A stretch of DNA of 64,000 nucleotides from a virus (IMGVR_UViG_3300037067_027684:128001-192000); one strand, 5' to 3'; positions 9,359-19,345 are shown, numbered from the stretch's first letter. Numbers and translations: made by a program. Notes: generated by a model from the letters alone, not told the origin.

Positions 9359-11089
9359 ATGGAGCAACTTGGAGAGAGAAAGCTGGCTTTCGAGGAGCGG
9401 GAACCTGTTCTCGCCGTGGGCGAGAAGAGGGTTAACAAGAATTGGTTTGGCTTGTCGAATGCTGGTTGGGTAGCAATGAATAAGGCCCGCAGTATGGGGC
9501 ATTTGGTTCGTGAGGCTGTTGCTAATGCTTTTGATGCTAAACCTGCTACTGTCAAATTGTTTTTGGAACCTGGATATATCTGTGTTGAGGATGATTCGGT
9601 TGGATTTTCATCTCCTGAACTTATTTATACGGTTTTTCTGACCGATAAGGAGGATTCCCATCTTCAACGTGGCCGTAAGGGTCGAGGTTTGAAGGAGTTG
9701 TTGGCTGCTGGTAATCAGGCTAACGTGGAAACTGTTGGTTGTACTGTGACCTTTAGCAAAGAAGGCCGTATTGAGGTTGGGAATACTAGGAAGAATGGTA
9801 CCAAGATCGAAGTTTGGGGCGACTGGAAGAATTATGATGTCGAAATAGCTGTTGAGTATCTTCGTACTTTCATTCCTCCGTGCACGCTCATAATCAACGA
9901 CAAGGAGGTTAATCTTCCGGAGTTGGTTGAGACGTTTAAAGCGGAACTTCCTACTGTGGTTTTCTCTAACGGCGCTCAGACTACCAGAACTATTGAGACT
10001 GAAGTTAAACTATATAAGTCTGAATCTATTGATTTTTCCCATCTTTACGAGATGGGTATTCCTATTCAAGTACTCGGAGACAGGTTTAATGTAGATATTC
10101 AACAGCGGGTCCCCGTTAGTGATGATAGGAATACTGCTGATTCCTCGTTCGTGTCGAAGTTGGATGCGGTTATGTTGAAGAATTTTGTGGATCGATGGAC
10201 GCGTGTTGAGTTGATGTCATCTAGGTGGATTTCGAACGGTCTATATTGGGTTGATTCCGATGTTAAGAAGAAATTTGCTGATAAGTTTGTTGATAAAAGA
10301 CCGACTGCTCTTAAATCAACCAATACCAAGGCTAATACTAGACTGAAAGAGCGTGGCTATGAATTGATTGAGACTAATAGCTTGCAATATTCTGTGAAAT
10401 CAGCTTTGGAAGGAAATATTCTAGACGCAGAAGTAATTGCTAAACGTTTGGATTCTGAAGCTCCTGATGGAGTGGTGGTACTTACCGAGCAACATCGTGC
10501 TTTTCAGTCTGTTATTTCTTGGTTGATTAAAGATGCTTTTGATCTTCAATGTGCTGGTGATCATTATATTAGACTTAATCAAGTCACTTTCTTCGCTAAG
10601 GGTGAGGGTATTGATGGGACTCATCAGAGTTGTAAGGTGATTAAAAATCCTGATGATACCAATATTTCTGTCGCAGAGAATAATGGGTCTCTTCCTATGA
10701 ATATTGCTTTTAATGTCTCTCATCCTTCTTTCAACATCGAGAAGCCTTTGAGTTCTGGGGTTATGACTTCTCTGGTTGAGGCTCTTCTCAATTATTGGTG
10801 GGACCCGAATCTGGATCATTGTCCAGATACTCCTTTCTCGGAAGTTGCGAAAATTGCTGGTGCTTTGGCTAGTGCAGTTAGTAGATTGCCTAGGGATATT
10901 CGTGAAGTTACTAAGGTTCATCCTGGTAAGACGACTTTTATTACTTGTGTTGATTGTGGTGTTAAGCGTGAGATTAAGGTTCAGGATGTTCACCAATGTT
11001 CGCGCTGTCTGGAGTGCCAGAGGAAAGCTGCTAGGTTAAGGGCCAAGATGAGGAGGATCAATCGTGAAGCTTTTGGATCAGTTACCTGA
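9359..11089 (+). CDS. GHKL (HATPase_c) ATPase with C-terminal zinc ribbon and N-terminal QLGERKLAF tag
   Basis: Bergerat motifs LVREAVANAFDA, VEDDSVGF, GRKGRGLK, GTKIEV; C-terminal CVDC...CSRCLEC. Confidence 0.85.
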   Translation: MEQLGERKLAFEEREPVLAVGEKRVNKNWFGLSNAGWVAMNKARSMGHLVREAVANAFDAKPATVKLFLEPGYICVEDDSVGFSSPELIYTVFLTDKEDSHLQRGRKGRGLKELLAAGNQANVETVGCTVTFSKEGRIEVGNTRKNGTKIEVWGDWKNYDVEIAVEYLRTFIPPCTLIINDKEVNLPELVETFKAELPTVVFSNGAQTTRTIETEVKLYKSESIDFSHLYEMGIPIQVLGDRFNVDIQQRVPVSDDRNTADSSFVSKLDAVMLKNFVDRWTRVELMSSRWISNGLYWVDSDVKKKFADKFVDKRPTALKSTNTKANTRLKERGYELIETNSLQYSVKSALEGNILDAEVIAKRLDSEAPDGVVVLTEQHRAFQSVISWLIKDAFDLQCAGDHYIRLNQVTFFAKGEGIDGTHQSCKVIKNPDDTNISVAENNGSLPMNIAFNVSHPSFNIEKPLSSGVMTSLVEALLNYWWDPNLDHCPDTPFSEVAKIAGALASAVSRLPRDIREVTKVHPGKTTFITCVDCGVKREIKVQDVHQCSRCLECQRKAARLRAKMRRINREAFGSVT

Positions 11090-11590
11090 TATTACGCCGT
11101 CTAAATATTCAGAGATGTTGAGAGCTAGGAATGAGGTTGTACAACGAAATGCTTCTCGTCGTAAGCGTGGACTGTCAGTGTTGCCGCTTCCTGATAAGCC
11201 TGAGAAGCCTTTGTGTTACGTTGCTTACTCGGATGACGGTACTTATGAGGGGCGGCTTAAGTCCCGTTCGTTGGCTGAGGCTCGTGAGGAAGCACCTGGG
11301 TTTAAGATCGTGGTTGAAGAATGGGTCAATGAAACTTACTAAGGAGAATCATCATGATCACGTATGAAGATAAGACTAAGGTTGATGACATTGAAGCCGC
11401 TAAGGAAGTTATCAAGAAGAATCTGAAGTTTGAGGCTAAGTTTACTGAGAATCGTGTGATTCGATATCTCTTCCAGCAAGATGGGGTATTGTATTTCCGC
11501 GTTAATTTTCACAATACTTCTCGGTCTAATTATATTGATCGGTCGTATTGGCTCGGCGTTTCTGGTGATAAGATTGTCGGAGTGAATTAA
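11064..11590 (+). other. two hypothetical genes (11064-11342, 11354-11590)
   Basis: Co-oriented ORFs with SD sites. Confidence 0.6.
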
Positions 11591-11668
11591 TGAAAGACAT
11601 AAGATTCTATGTTGACTTGATTTAATGGACTTTTTGATTCTTGGTATGTTGATGTCTTAGGAGACTTT

Positions 11669-12625
11669 ATGATAGGCAAAATTGACCTTGACTCAAGAAT
11701 TGACGAAATATCAAGATTAATAGAAGAAAAAAGAACAACTAGAGAGATATCGCTAGTACTAAATATTAGTAGATCAACTCTAATTAATTTCTTGAAGCTT
11801 CATCCAGAATTTAAAATTAAATTGCGAGTGAATTATGATTCCAGACGGTCAGAGGTTGCACGGAAAAATTGGTCTGATCCTAATCATAGAAGGAAGTGGG
11901 AGGAAGCACGCCGGGCACGCCGGTCTCCTGAAAGAATAGCTAGAAAGAATAAAGAAACAGCTAAAGAAAAGTGGGATAAAAGATTACCGGAAATTGAACG
12001 TCTAATTACAAACGGTCTTACTCTCCCTCAAATTGCTAAGGAATTAAATGTTGATTATGGTAACATAGTCGATAGAATCAAAAGATATCCGAATTATTCC
12101 TCTCTTAAGGAGGGGTTATATCGTAATTGGTTGGGGAAAGTAAAATCAAATGAATACAGGACCAAGAGAAGTACTCAAACTAAGTTGTTTTATCAAAAAC
12201 ATCCGGAGGTCCTCCAAAAAATGAAGGAAAAGACTCTCATGATGTTTAGGAATGAAGCCTTTAAGAATAATTTTTTAGATGCGATGTCAAGAATGTGGGC
12301 AAATCAAGATTATCGCAATAAAATGTCAAAAGTTAGTTCGGAGAAGTTCAATCAAAAGCCAGAGTTGAGAGAAAAAGCTCGAAAACATTTCAAGGATTTA
12401 TGGGCTGATCCAGCCTTTTATGGAAAAGTTTTTTCATTAGAAAATAGAACACAAGCATCTAAGAGAATGAAACTTTTATGGCAAGATTTCGAATATCGCA
12501 AAAAAGTAATGACAAACTGTAAACCAATTGCTGATTTTTGGAATTGGCTATCTGACTTTAGTGAAGAAAAACAAACGAAAATTTTAGTGGCAATCCATAA
12601 GAAAAAATGGAAAAGGAAATTCTGA
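11669..12625 (+). CDS. basic DNA-binding protein with two HTH segments and W-x-D-P-x-Y-R-like repeats (homing-endonuclease-associated type)
   Basis: REISLVLNISRSTL and LPQIAKELNVD HTH-like segments; repeats NWSDPNHR, MWANQDYR, LWADPAFY, LWQDFEYR; A-rich composition unlike neighbours. Confidence 0.6.
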   Translation: MIGKIDLDSRIDEISRLIEEKRTTREISLVLNISRSTLINFLKLHPEFKIKLRVNYDSRRSEVARKNWSDPNHRRKWEEARRARRSPERIARKNKETAKEKWDKRLPEIERLITNGLTLPQIAKELNVDYGNIVDRIKRYPNYSSLKEGLYRNWLGKVKSNEYRTKRSTQTKLFYQKHPEVLQKMKEKTLMMFRNEAFKNNFLDAMSRMWANQDYRNKMSKVSSEKFNQKPELREKARKHFKDLWADPAFYGKVFSLENRTQASKRMKLLWQDFEYRKKVMTNCKPIADFWNWLSDFSEEKQTKILVAIHKKKWKRKF

Positions 12626-13455
12626 TGAATCGGCTATTTATGATTTTACTCGTGTTAATTTGTACCCAAGTGCGATCCGAGGAAGCAAAGACTCGCATCC
12701 AAAACCTGTTGGCCGTTCATCAGACAGTCACTGACAAATATCAAGTTCTGCGCCAAAAAGTTATCCAAGGCATCGAATTGCTGAACCAAGCTAGAGAAAC
12801 AGAAAATAGATGCAAAGCTCATATCGAATCGCTTAACAATCAACGTAGCAATATCGTTCGATCTGAATCGCAAGAAGCACAAGCGTACTCATATTACATG
12901 AATACTTCGTATTGGTATTATCGACCTTACTGGTATGACTACACATCTGTTTATCGTTCCTATTCTTATAGTTATAGGCTTGACAATCTAGATAATGATA
13001 TCAATAGGGTTAGGCGTCTTCAAGAGAAGCAATCTGCAATTATTAATGAATTTTATGGTTCGAAACTTGAGACCTATATTATTCCGCCTCCAGAAAAAGG
13101 AATTAGTCAGGGGAAGAGCGCAGGTGATTATGTTTATTTGTTGAATAATTTAAAGAGTGATCATTATGTTGGCTTGGGTGGTATTCTTCTTGATTTGCAT
13201 ACTTGTCTGGCTAGTCTAGCTCTGGATTATCCAGATTATGCAGCTGAGATTAGTTTGGCGTTGGAGAAGTCACGTCCTCTATTGACTGGTGAGAGGGTGA
13301 AATCCAATAAGGTTTTGGTTCTTAAGGACGGTAGAGAAATACCAATCTCTATGATTATCGAGTCGAATGGTATTCTGACTGTTAGGACGCAGGATGGGAA
13401 GTTGTTTGAGATATCTAGGGATAAGGTTCTTGAGGTTAAGCAACTTCAAAAATAA
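12625..13455 (+). CDS. exported protein with signal peptide
   Basis: MNRLFMILLVLICTQVRS signal-like N-terminus; Tyr-rich middle; C-terminal small beta domain (VLVLKDGREI...VRTQDGK). Confidence 0.6.
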   Translation: MNRLFMILLVLICTQVRSEEAKTRIQNLLAVHQTVTDKYQVLRQKVIQGIELLNQARETENRCKAHIESLNNQRSNIVRSESQEAQAYSYYMNTSYWYYRPYWYDYTSVYRSYSYSYRLDNLDNDINRVRRLQEKQSAIINEFYGSKLETYIIPPPEKGISQGKSAGDYVYLLNNLKSDHYVGLGGILLDLHTCLASLALDYPDYAAEISLALEKSRPLLTGERVKSNKVLVLKDGREIPISMIIESNGILTVRTQDGKLFEISRDKVLEVKQLQK

Positions 13456-13471
13456 ACTCAGGAACATATTT

Positions 13472-14152
13472 ATGGGCATTCAACAAGGTACGAAAGTCTT
13501 TTGGAAGAGTGCTTACGATCCAAATTATTGGGGTGGCTATGTCAAGACTGGCGACACCGGTACGGTACTGAGGGTGCGTCAACTTGGCAATATGGTTAGT
13601 GTTCAGGTGGAATGGGATAGAATTATTAAATCTCAATTTGGGAATGATATTCATCAAGTTACCAATGCCGACACCAGAGACCTTGGGGTAGTTCAGGAGG
13701 AGAGCATGAGCTTCAGTAATCGGCTTGATAGGGCTATTAATGAGGCTCTGGCTGGTGAGGGTGATTTTGGATCTCTAGGCTCGGATGTTAGTACTTGGCG
13801 TATTCCTCTTTCTCAGTGTCATAAGGAAGATGATGGTTTATACACTTGGTGGTCTGATTGGGATGTTGAACAGAATGCCGGTGCTTTGGTTGCTTATGTT
13901 GATAAGAAGAATTTAGATGCTTTTACTGGCCAAGATCCTAGATGGGCAGATGCTGAATTTGATATGAGGTCTGCTTTCGATCCAGCTAAGTTGGCTGTGG
14001 CTAAGCCTGATGCGAATGGCCTTTACTATATTCCTGATCTTTACACTGAGGAAGCGAAGGCTGAGGTGCTTGAGAGATTTAGGAAGGCTCAGGAAGAGTC
14101 TGAGAGTTTAGCTCTTGCTAGGAATCGACAAGAGCAGGGTGGTTTGGAATAG
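13472..14152 (+). CDS. hypothetical protein, possible capsid-internal protein (internal start at 13706)
   Basis: Internal GGAGGAG-AGC-ATG gives MSFSNRLDRAINEA; CAAAAATA upstream of 13472. Confidence 0.6.
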   Translation: MGIQQGTKVFWKSAYDPNYWGGYVKTGDTGTVLRVRQLGNMVSVQVEWDRIIKSQFGNDIHQVTNADTRDLGVVQEESMSFSNRLDRAINEALAGEGDFGSLGSDVSTWRIPLSQCHKEDDGLYTWWSDWDVEQNAGALVAYVDKKNLDAFTGQDPRWADAEFDMRSAFDPAKLAVAKPDANGLYYIPDLYTEEAKAEVLERFRKAQEESESLALARNRQEQGGLE

Positions 14153-14161
14153 TCTTAAACT

Positions 14162-14197
14162 AAGAGGGAGAGAGGTTAAAACCTTGTCTCCCTCTTT
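14162..14197. terminator. hairpin between convergent genes
   Basis: AAGAGGGAGA pairs with TCTCCCTCTT (10 bp). Confidence 0.7.
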
Positions 14198-14219
14198 CCA
14201 TATTTCCACTTAGGAAATA

Positions 14220-14633
14220 TTAAGGCCCAAACTTGGCTTTCTTAAACGCAGGAAGACTTAAAAAAGTCTTACTCCACTCATCTAAAGCAACACACCCAAA
14301 GTGTTCATTAATTTGACTGAATAATCTTAGGAATAATTCATCCTTGACAGTGCTTACAGCGTTTATGGAATAGACTTGCTTACTTACTGACGAATCAGTA
14401 TAACCATAGAGTATTACGCCAGTTTCCACCTTCCAAAGAAATCTAAATATTGGTCTATCACTTAGGGTCGATATTTGTACTGTCCGCATTAGGGGGATTT
14501 GGCATAATCCTTCTATTACCGAATCTACATGACCAAATGCTATTAGGCTGAATTCTTGGTGCACATTGAGTTTGGCTACTGGGATTGGGTCTGGTTTCCA
14601 GAAGGAGTAAAATTTCACTTCGGAAGCATTCAT
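14220..14633 (-). CDS. hypothetical protein
   Basis: AAGGAGG SD and upstream promoter-like sequence. Confidence 0.65.
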   Translation of the reverse strand: MNASEVKFYSFWKPDPIPVAKLNVHQEFSLIAFGHVDSVIEGLCQIPLMRTVQISTLSDRPIFRFLWKVETGVILYGYTDSSVSKQVYSINAVSTVKDELFLRLFSQINEHFGCVALDEWSKTFLSLPAFKKAKFGP

Positions 14634-14650
14634 CTAGGTGGCCTCCTTAC

Positions 14651-14678
14651 CTTATATTTGTATCTTCAACCTTGTCAA
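14651..14678 (-). promoter_or_regulatory. possible sigma70-type promoter
   Basis: TTGACA-16 nt-TATAAG on the minus strand. Confidence 0.5.
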
Positions 14679-14716
14679 AGATACAATGAACAGGTTCTGT
14701 AAATAACTACTTTGGG

Positions 14717-15046
14717 ATGACGGTGAAGATTGAACTCAATGTTGGTGGATTGAACAGGAGTGATAAAGTGGAATCGATTGACTTTCGTCTAACCAAACGT
14801 CTTGGTCAGCTTACGGAGGCCGATGGCGCTGAAGAGACTCCTGGGGATGTTCTGGTTGTGCAGAATCTAGCGAAATATTTGAATGCTTATGGTTCGGAGT
14901 TATTGAAGCATTCTCAGACTGGTAATGTTCGGGAAGCTAGATTGAGGATTATTGAGATTGCTAGCGTTGTGGAGCAGGCTAAGGCTGAGTTGAGTAAATT
15001 GGCTAAGGAAGCTGGTTTACCTGATTTGGAGCTTGGTGGTAAATGA
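14717..15046 (+). CDS. hypothetical protein
   Basis: 109-aa ORF coupled to the next gene. Confidence 0.6.
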   Translation: MTVKIELNVGGLNRSDKVESIDFRLTKRLGQLTEADGAEETPGDVLVVQNLAKYLNAYGSELLKHSQTGNVREARLRIIEIASVVEQAKAELSKLAKEAGLPDLELGGK

Positions 15047-15687
15047 TGCGTTTTGAGAGGGTTCTCGCTGAAGCTTTTGAACGTGCTCTCACTGAGGAGT
15101 ATATCCCTCAGAAAGATGTGGCTACTTGGCGCGATATTGAACGGATGTACGCTGATGCTGGTAAACACCATTGTTTGAGATTGTCTTGTGTGAAGTGTGG
15201 TAATGTTCAGACTTGTAGGTGTCGAGAGCCTAAGGAAGAGAAGGAAGGGATTTGTCCGTATTGTACTGGTGAGTTGTCAGAGTCTATTAATGAGTCCAAA
15301 TGTCCAGCTTGTGGTCAGAATGCTTATGTTGGTTTTAGGGAGGTTGAATGTTCGAATCCTGATTGTAAAAATTTTAAACCTTCGAATACTGGATTATCCA
15401 ATACTTGTTGGTTATGGGATGAGATTACTATTGATGTCACTAGTGTGAAATTTCCAAAGAAATTTTTGGAATTCTGGCGAGCGGGGCGAGACCCAAATAC
15501 TTTCATGATTGAGGTTGATGATTGGTTAGCTTTTAACTCTTTAGACCGTGGTCATGATCGCAATGTTACTGTTAAGGACAGTGTCTATATTCTCCAGGGT
15601 AAGTTCGGTAAGGATTTGCAGTATGTTGTGTGTTGGTCGCCGGTCAGTAGTGATTCTGCTAGGAAGATGGCTGGGACGTTTGCCTAA
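15043..15687 (+). CDS. zinc-finger protein with capsid-targeting-like N-terminus
   Basis: MRFERVLAEAFERALTEE; multiple CxxC pairs; internal LSESINES. Confidence 0.6.
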   Translation: MMRFERVLAEAFERALTEEYIPQKDVATWRDIERMYADAGKHHCLRLSCVKCGNVQTCRCREPKEEKEGICPYCTGELSESINESKCPACGQNAYVGFREVECSNPDCKNFKPSNTGLSNTCWLWDEITIDVTSVKFPKKFLEFWRAGRDPNTFMIEVDDWLAFNSLDRGHDRNVTVKDSVYILQGKFGKDLQYVVCWSPVSSDSARKMAGTFA

Positions 15688-16112
15688 TCTTGCTTTAACT
15701 TTTTCAAACCCAATTCTCGTAGTGCGATACAATCTTTCTTTCGCAAATGTCGTCTAGCTTCTTTGGCGACTTCAAGAGTTTTATCTGTTGTGTAGTAATC
15801 GAAATCAAATCCACAGTTACCCATTCCGAGGCATTTGCCATAATCGTTGATTACTGAGAGCATCCATTTGGCGTCTTCGCTGGTCAGCTTTCCATATCTG
15901 TCTAGTGAGTAGTGGAAGTATCTCTTTACGACTGGTAGTTCGCAGTCTCTTAGGATATCATGGACTTGGTCGTCTAGGTAGTTTCTGAGGTATCCGCTGG
16001 ATTTTTGTCGTGAGTAGAAGAATGTTCTTGCTGGGAATCCGGATAGTAGGCTTGCTATGATCCATTTGCGCATGTCATAGCTTTTTCTGAATTTGTCGAA
16101 TATTTTGCTCAT
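15684..16112 (-). CDS. hypothetical protein
   Basis: 142-aa ORF downstream of GC-rich element copy A. Confidence 0.6.
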   Translation of the reverse strand: MSKIFDKFRKSYDMRKWIIASLLSGFPARTFFYSRQKSSGYLRNYLDDQVHDILRDCELPVVKRYFHYSLDRYGKLTSEDAKWMLSVINDYGKCLGMGNCGFDFDYYTTDKTLEVAKEARRHLRKKDCIALRELGLKKLKQD

Positions 16113-16149
16113 TTGTTGTTAAATACTTGTTCTCCGGTGAACGTGGTTA

Positions 16150-16337
16150 TTGAGCGGTGGCGGGATGGCTACCGGTACCGGCTCCGCCCGTGGTTTGGTC
16201 TCCTGTAAACGAGGACGCGTCCGGACGGGTGCTCCGGACGGGGTGCCGTCCCGTACGCGCATCGTTTACCACCGTGTAAGCGGACGGGACGGGCGGTATC
16301 CGGACGGGTGGTACGAGCGCTTGGTCGTCCTGTTCAC
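16150..16337 (-). promoter_or_regulatory. GC-rich fixed-spacing element, copy A (about 1.5 units)
   Basis: Shares blocks GTRAACA-nn-ACSACCAA, ATACCGCC, CCGCTTAC and TAAACGA with 32166-32282 and/or 48656-48771. Confidence 0.65.
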
Positions 16338-16345
16338 TTGTGCGC

Positions 16346-16391
16346 AAGGCTGGACAACTAATTTTTAATGTTTGGTGTTGTGATAGTAGAT
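16346..16391 (+). repeat. 46-bp perfect direct repeat, copy 1
   Basis: aaggctggacaactaatttttaatgtttggtgttgtgatagtagat, identical at 16680-16725. Confidence 0.95.
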
Positions 16392-16395
16392 TGAT

Positions 16396-16659
16396 ATGAT
16401 TAAATGGCAATCTATCAAAAAAGATGGCTTTCCGAAACTTAAGAAGCCGTGTGATCACGGTGGGATGACATCAGAACGCTTACTCTTATGGATTACTGAT
16501 CATATTGGATTTGGATCATATAGAGTTTATGATCATGATGTGTTGATGTCTAGTCGTATTAAGGGGAAGGCTTATGCGTTTTGGAGTATTGAAGATCACG
16601 GTGGTGAATGTGATGTGACACACTGGGCAAGGATTACGCCTCCAAAAGGTGTTCGATAA
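16396..16659 (+). CDS. DUF551-like phage protein
   Basis: MIKWQSI...P...VTHWARITPP pattern. Confidence 0.6.
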   Translation: MIKWQSIKKDGFPKLKKPCDHGGMTSERLLLWITDHIGFGSYRVYDHDVLMSSRIKGKAYAFWSIEDHGGECDVTHWARITPPKGVR

Positions 16660-16679
16660 GAATGAGTTTAGGCGTCTGT

Positions 16680-16725
16680 AAGGCTGGACAACTAATTTTT
16701 AATGTTTGGTGTTGTGATAGTAGAT
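16680..16725 (+). repeat. 46-bp perfect direct repeat, copy 2
   Basis: Identical to 16346-16391. Confidence 0.95.
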
Positions 16726-16729
16726 CTTA

Positions 16730-16864
16730 CTAATGCAGAAGGCATTCGGTGCCAACAGCATCTGGTTGCCGTGGGTGGGTGTGCAGATGTCCCGAGACGA
16801 GTGATGCATGCCACGACGTTTCGCTGATTACCACGGTTGTCGGTTAAACTCCGACCTGCATTAG
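16730..16864 (+). ncRNA. candidate structured RNA (tRNA-like arms plus pseudoknot) in a 5' leader
   Basis: 9-bp closing stem CTAATGCAG/CTGCATTAG with four internal hairpins and a 7-bp pseudoknot. Confidence 0.65.
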
Positions 16865-16883
16865 GCTTAAAAGGAGAAAAAGC

Positions 16884-17369
16884 ATGGTGAGCAAGCGCAA
16901 AGCGGTGTTGAACAAAAAGATCATGAAGGTCATCCTGAAGGGTAGGAGCAATGGTTTGAAGTGGCGGGAGATTTGTAAGCAGGTTAAGGATAAGTTTAAT
17001 ATCTATATTAGTACTTCTGCTCTTCAACAGAGGTATCAATACTTCATGAAGATGAATAATAGCTTTACTACCGCTACCGTCCTCCTATCTCCTAAATTAA
17101 AGAAAGCTGCTAAAGCAGCGGTTAAGTCTTGGTCGAAGAAGGTCAAGGATGTTACTGTGACGGTTGAGACCTATGATGGGAAGGTAAATGAGTTCCAGAG
17201 TTATCTTGATTCGTATATTGCCAAGAAGATAGCTGACGCCAAGGCTCAGATGAAGGGTAATCTTCAAGTGGCGATTGACAATTTGATGTCGATGATTGAT
17301 TCGAGTGTCAAGCACTTTACTGATAATATTAAGCAGGATCTTGGCGAAGCTCTAAATAAACTGGAATGA
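16884..17369 (+). CDS. basic protein with N-terminal HTH/Myb-like segment and coiled-coil tail
   Basis: GLKWREICKQV...STSALQQRYQ; AAGGAG SD. Confidence 0.6.
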   Translation: MVSKRKAVLNKKIMKVILKGRSNGLKWREICKQVKDKFNIYISTSALQQRYQYFMKMNNSFTTATVLLSPKLKKAAKAAVKSWSKKVKDVTVTVETYDGKVNEFQSYLDSYIAKKIADAKAQMKGNLQVAIDNLMSMIDSSVKHFTDNIKQDLGEALNKLE

Positions 17370-17514
17370 AAATTACCGAGATGTTGATGGTCGGAGAGAA
17401 AGTTCGTCCTGCTAATATTTCAGAGGAAGTTGTGAGACTGTTGCTTGAGAAGGAAAATGAGTATGTTATGGTCAGGGATAGAGATGGTATTCTTCGTATC
17501 TTGAAGGCGAAGAA

Positions 17515-18084
17515 ATGAGTTACACTTCTCAAACTGAGGCTGGTTTAAAGTCTCTTCTTATGGATTTATTAGAACAGAAACCCCTGGGTTTCGTTTGGGG
17601 TTTCATGCCTTATGAATCTGAAAAAGAGATTACGATTGCTAAGGGCATGATTGGTCGAACTCGAATTCAAAATCATCCTCCGCTTGTGGTGCCAGTTGAT
17701 CATACTTTCTCACTCAAGCATTTGCTTTTGGATTATGAGCAACCAATACGACCAACAACATGGTATCACGTTTTTGTGATTTGGGATGATGAGGGGAATT
17801 ATGATTTTCGGGCAACTAGATTCGTTCATTGGAGTGATACTCAACATCCTGGTAATGATCGGTATATGAGGTTTCCTTATTATCGTCATATTGCGTCTTA
17901 TTTGACTGATGCTTTTGGGAAAGTTCGTCGGGCTAATACTGACGAATTGCCATTTGCTTGGACACCTCCTGAGGCTTTGGCATCTCCTCCTAAAGCTTGG
18001 ACACCTTACACTAACGCCAAGCCAGAGGGGTCATTTAATACCCCAGAGATGGGTGATAGAACACTCGAACTGGAGGTCTCATGA
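17515..18084 (+). CDS. hypothetical protein with C-terminal EMGDRTLEL tag
   Basis: Ends PEMGDRTLELEVS after a Pro-rich linker. Confidence 0.75.
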   Translation: MSYTSQTEAGLKSLLMDLLEQKPLGFVWGFMPYESEKEITIAKGMIGRTRIQNHPPLVVPVDHTFSLKHLLLDYEQPIRPTTWYHVFVIWDDEGNYDFRATRFVHWSDTQHPGNDRYMRFPYYRHIASYLTDAFGKVRRANTDELPFAWTPPEALASPPKAWTPYTNAKPEGSFNTPEMGDRTLELEVS

Positions 18085-19053
18085 ATTCAATGTTTGAGTC
18101 GGTTGAACAACGCCATATACCTCGGTTGGTCTATGTTCTTGAACGTGAGATGGCGAATGGCGGAGACAGTATCCGGACGCATCTTGGAGTATTTGAATCT
18201 TTAATTAATGCTAAGAATGCTGCTGAAGCTTTGGTAACTGAGGATGACCGTGCTAGGGCTGTGAAAGATGGATCTGAGTGCTATAATAAGTGGGTCGATG
18301 ATGACTTGAGTTTGTTGAGAGCTTGGCAATTTAGGACTAGTACTTGGGGTTACACTGTTTTTAGCATTGTTGAGATTCCTCTTAACACTTTGTTGAAATC
18401 ATCATTGACTTTAGATGAGATGGAGTAACCAATGATCGATCAGGTTGGTGTCAAGAAGAAGTATCAAGTTAAGCGGCTTGATGGTAAGGATTGTAGGGGA
18501 GGGAAGCACGAGAATTGTGCATATTACGTTCTTGACTTAAATCACGATAGATATGCGGTTGCTGCTCTTGAGGCGTACGCTAACGCTTGCCGCCTTGATT
18601 ATCCAGAGTTGGCTGGTGATATTGATGAGTGGGTTGATTTCATGCGTACTGGTCAGGGTAAACCGGATTGGGTGGTTAGATGAGTTGTGTGTGTGTGAAA
18701 GGTGTGGTGGGTACTTTTCTTCAGAAATTCTGCAGAAGGATGTTTATAAATATATTGTTTTCATCAATAAGAAGCCTATATGTTTGAGATGTGCGAATAC
18801 TGCTCATCCTCGTTTAGGGGTAAAGTCTTTAATTAAATGTACTGCTGCCATTTGCGAAGAGCGTGCTTATGGTTGTATCAATACTGTTAAGTTTAAGTGT
18901 TGTTGTGGTATGTTACTTTGTAATAGTTGTGTTGAAGCTCATTTTAAGTGGCATAATTCAATTTTAGAGACTCAGAAGTCTAAAGATCAAATTGAGGATG
19001 TTGAGACAGAGCCTCTTTTCAATATGGCCAAGAAGCTCCAAAATGATTTATAG
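18081..19053 (+). other. three hypothetical genes (18081-18428, 18432-18683, Cys-rich ORF ending 19053)
   Basis: Coupled ORFs; the last has many CxxC pairs and an uncertain start. Confidence 0.55.
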
Positions 19054-19345
19054 ATTGAACGAGGAAAAGACAGATGAATTCCTACGGACCTGCCTTATTA
19101 ATAATGGGATTTATGCTTTTTGTAAGGAAAAATTAGGTTCTAGTAGAATTGGGCAGTTATATGATGGTGAATTTACTGATTTCTTTGCATTGCGAGAGTT
19201 GAGTGATGGTGAATGTCAGATGGACAGGGACGAGATTTGGTCACTTAACACGATGTGGGTTGGGTGGATGTTTGATCGAGTTTATGATGTGGTTGAGGAT
19301 GATAATACTGTGACTGAGCTTGGAGATAGAGACCTTGAACTTTAA
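19043..19345 (+). CDS. hypothetical protein with C-terminal ELGDRDLEL tag
   Basis: Ends TELGDRDLEL*. Confidence 0.7.
   Translation: MIYRLNEEKTDEFLRTCLINNGIYAFCKEKLGSSRIGQLYDGEFTDFFALRELSDGECQMDRDEIWSLNTMWVGWMFDRVYDVVEDDNTVTELGDRDLEL

Noticed and set aside
16147-16458. ORFs across the GC-rich elements (16147-16458, 16150-16368, and the 48623-48922 extension of the 48254 gene)
   Set aside because: They are open only because of high GC; element conservation is not codon-phased and real starts with SD sites lie downstream.
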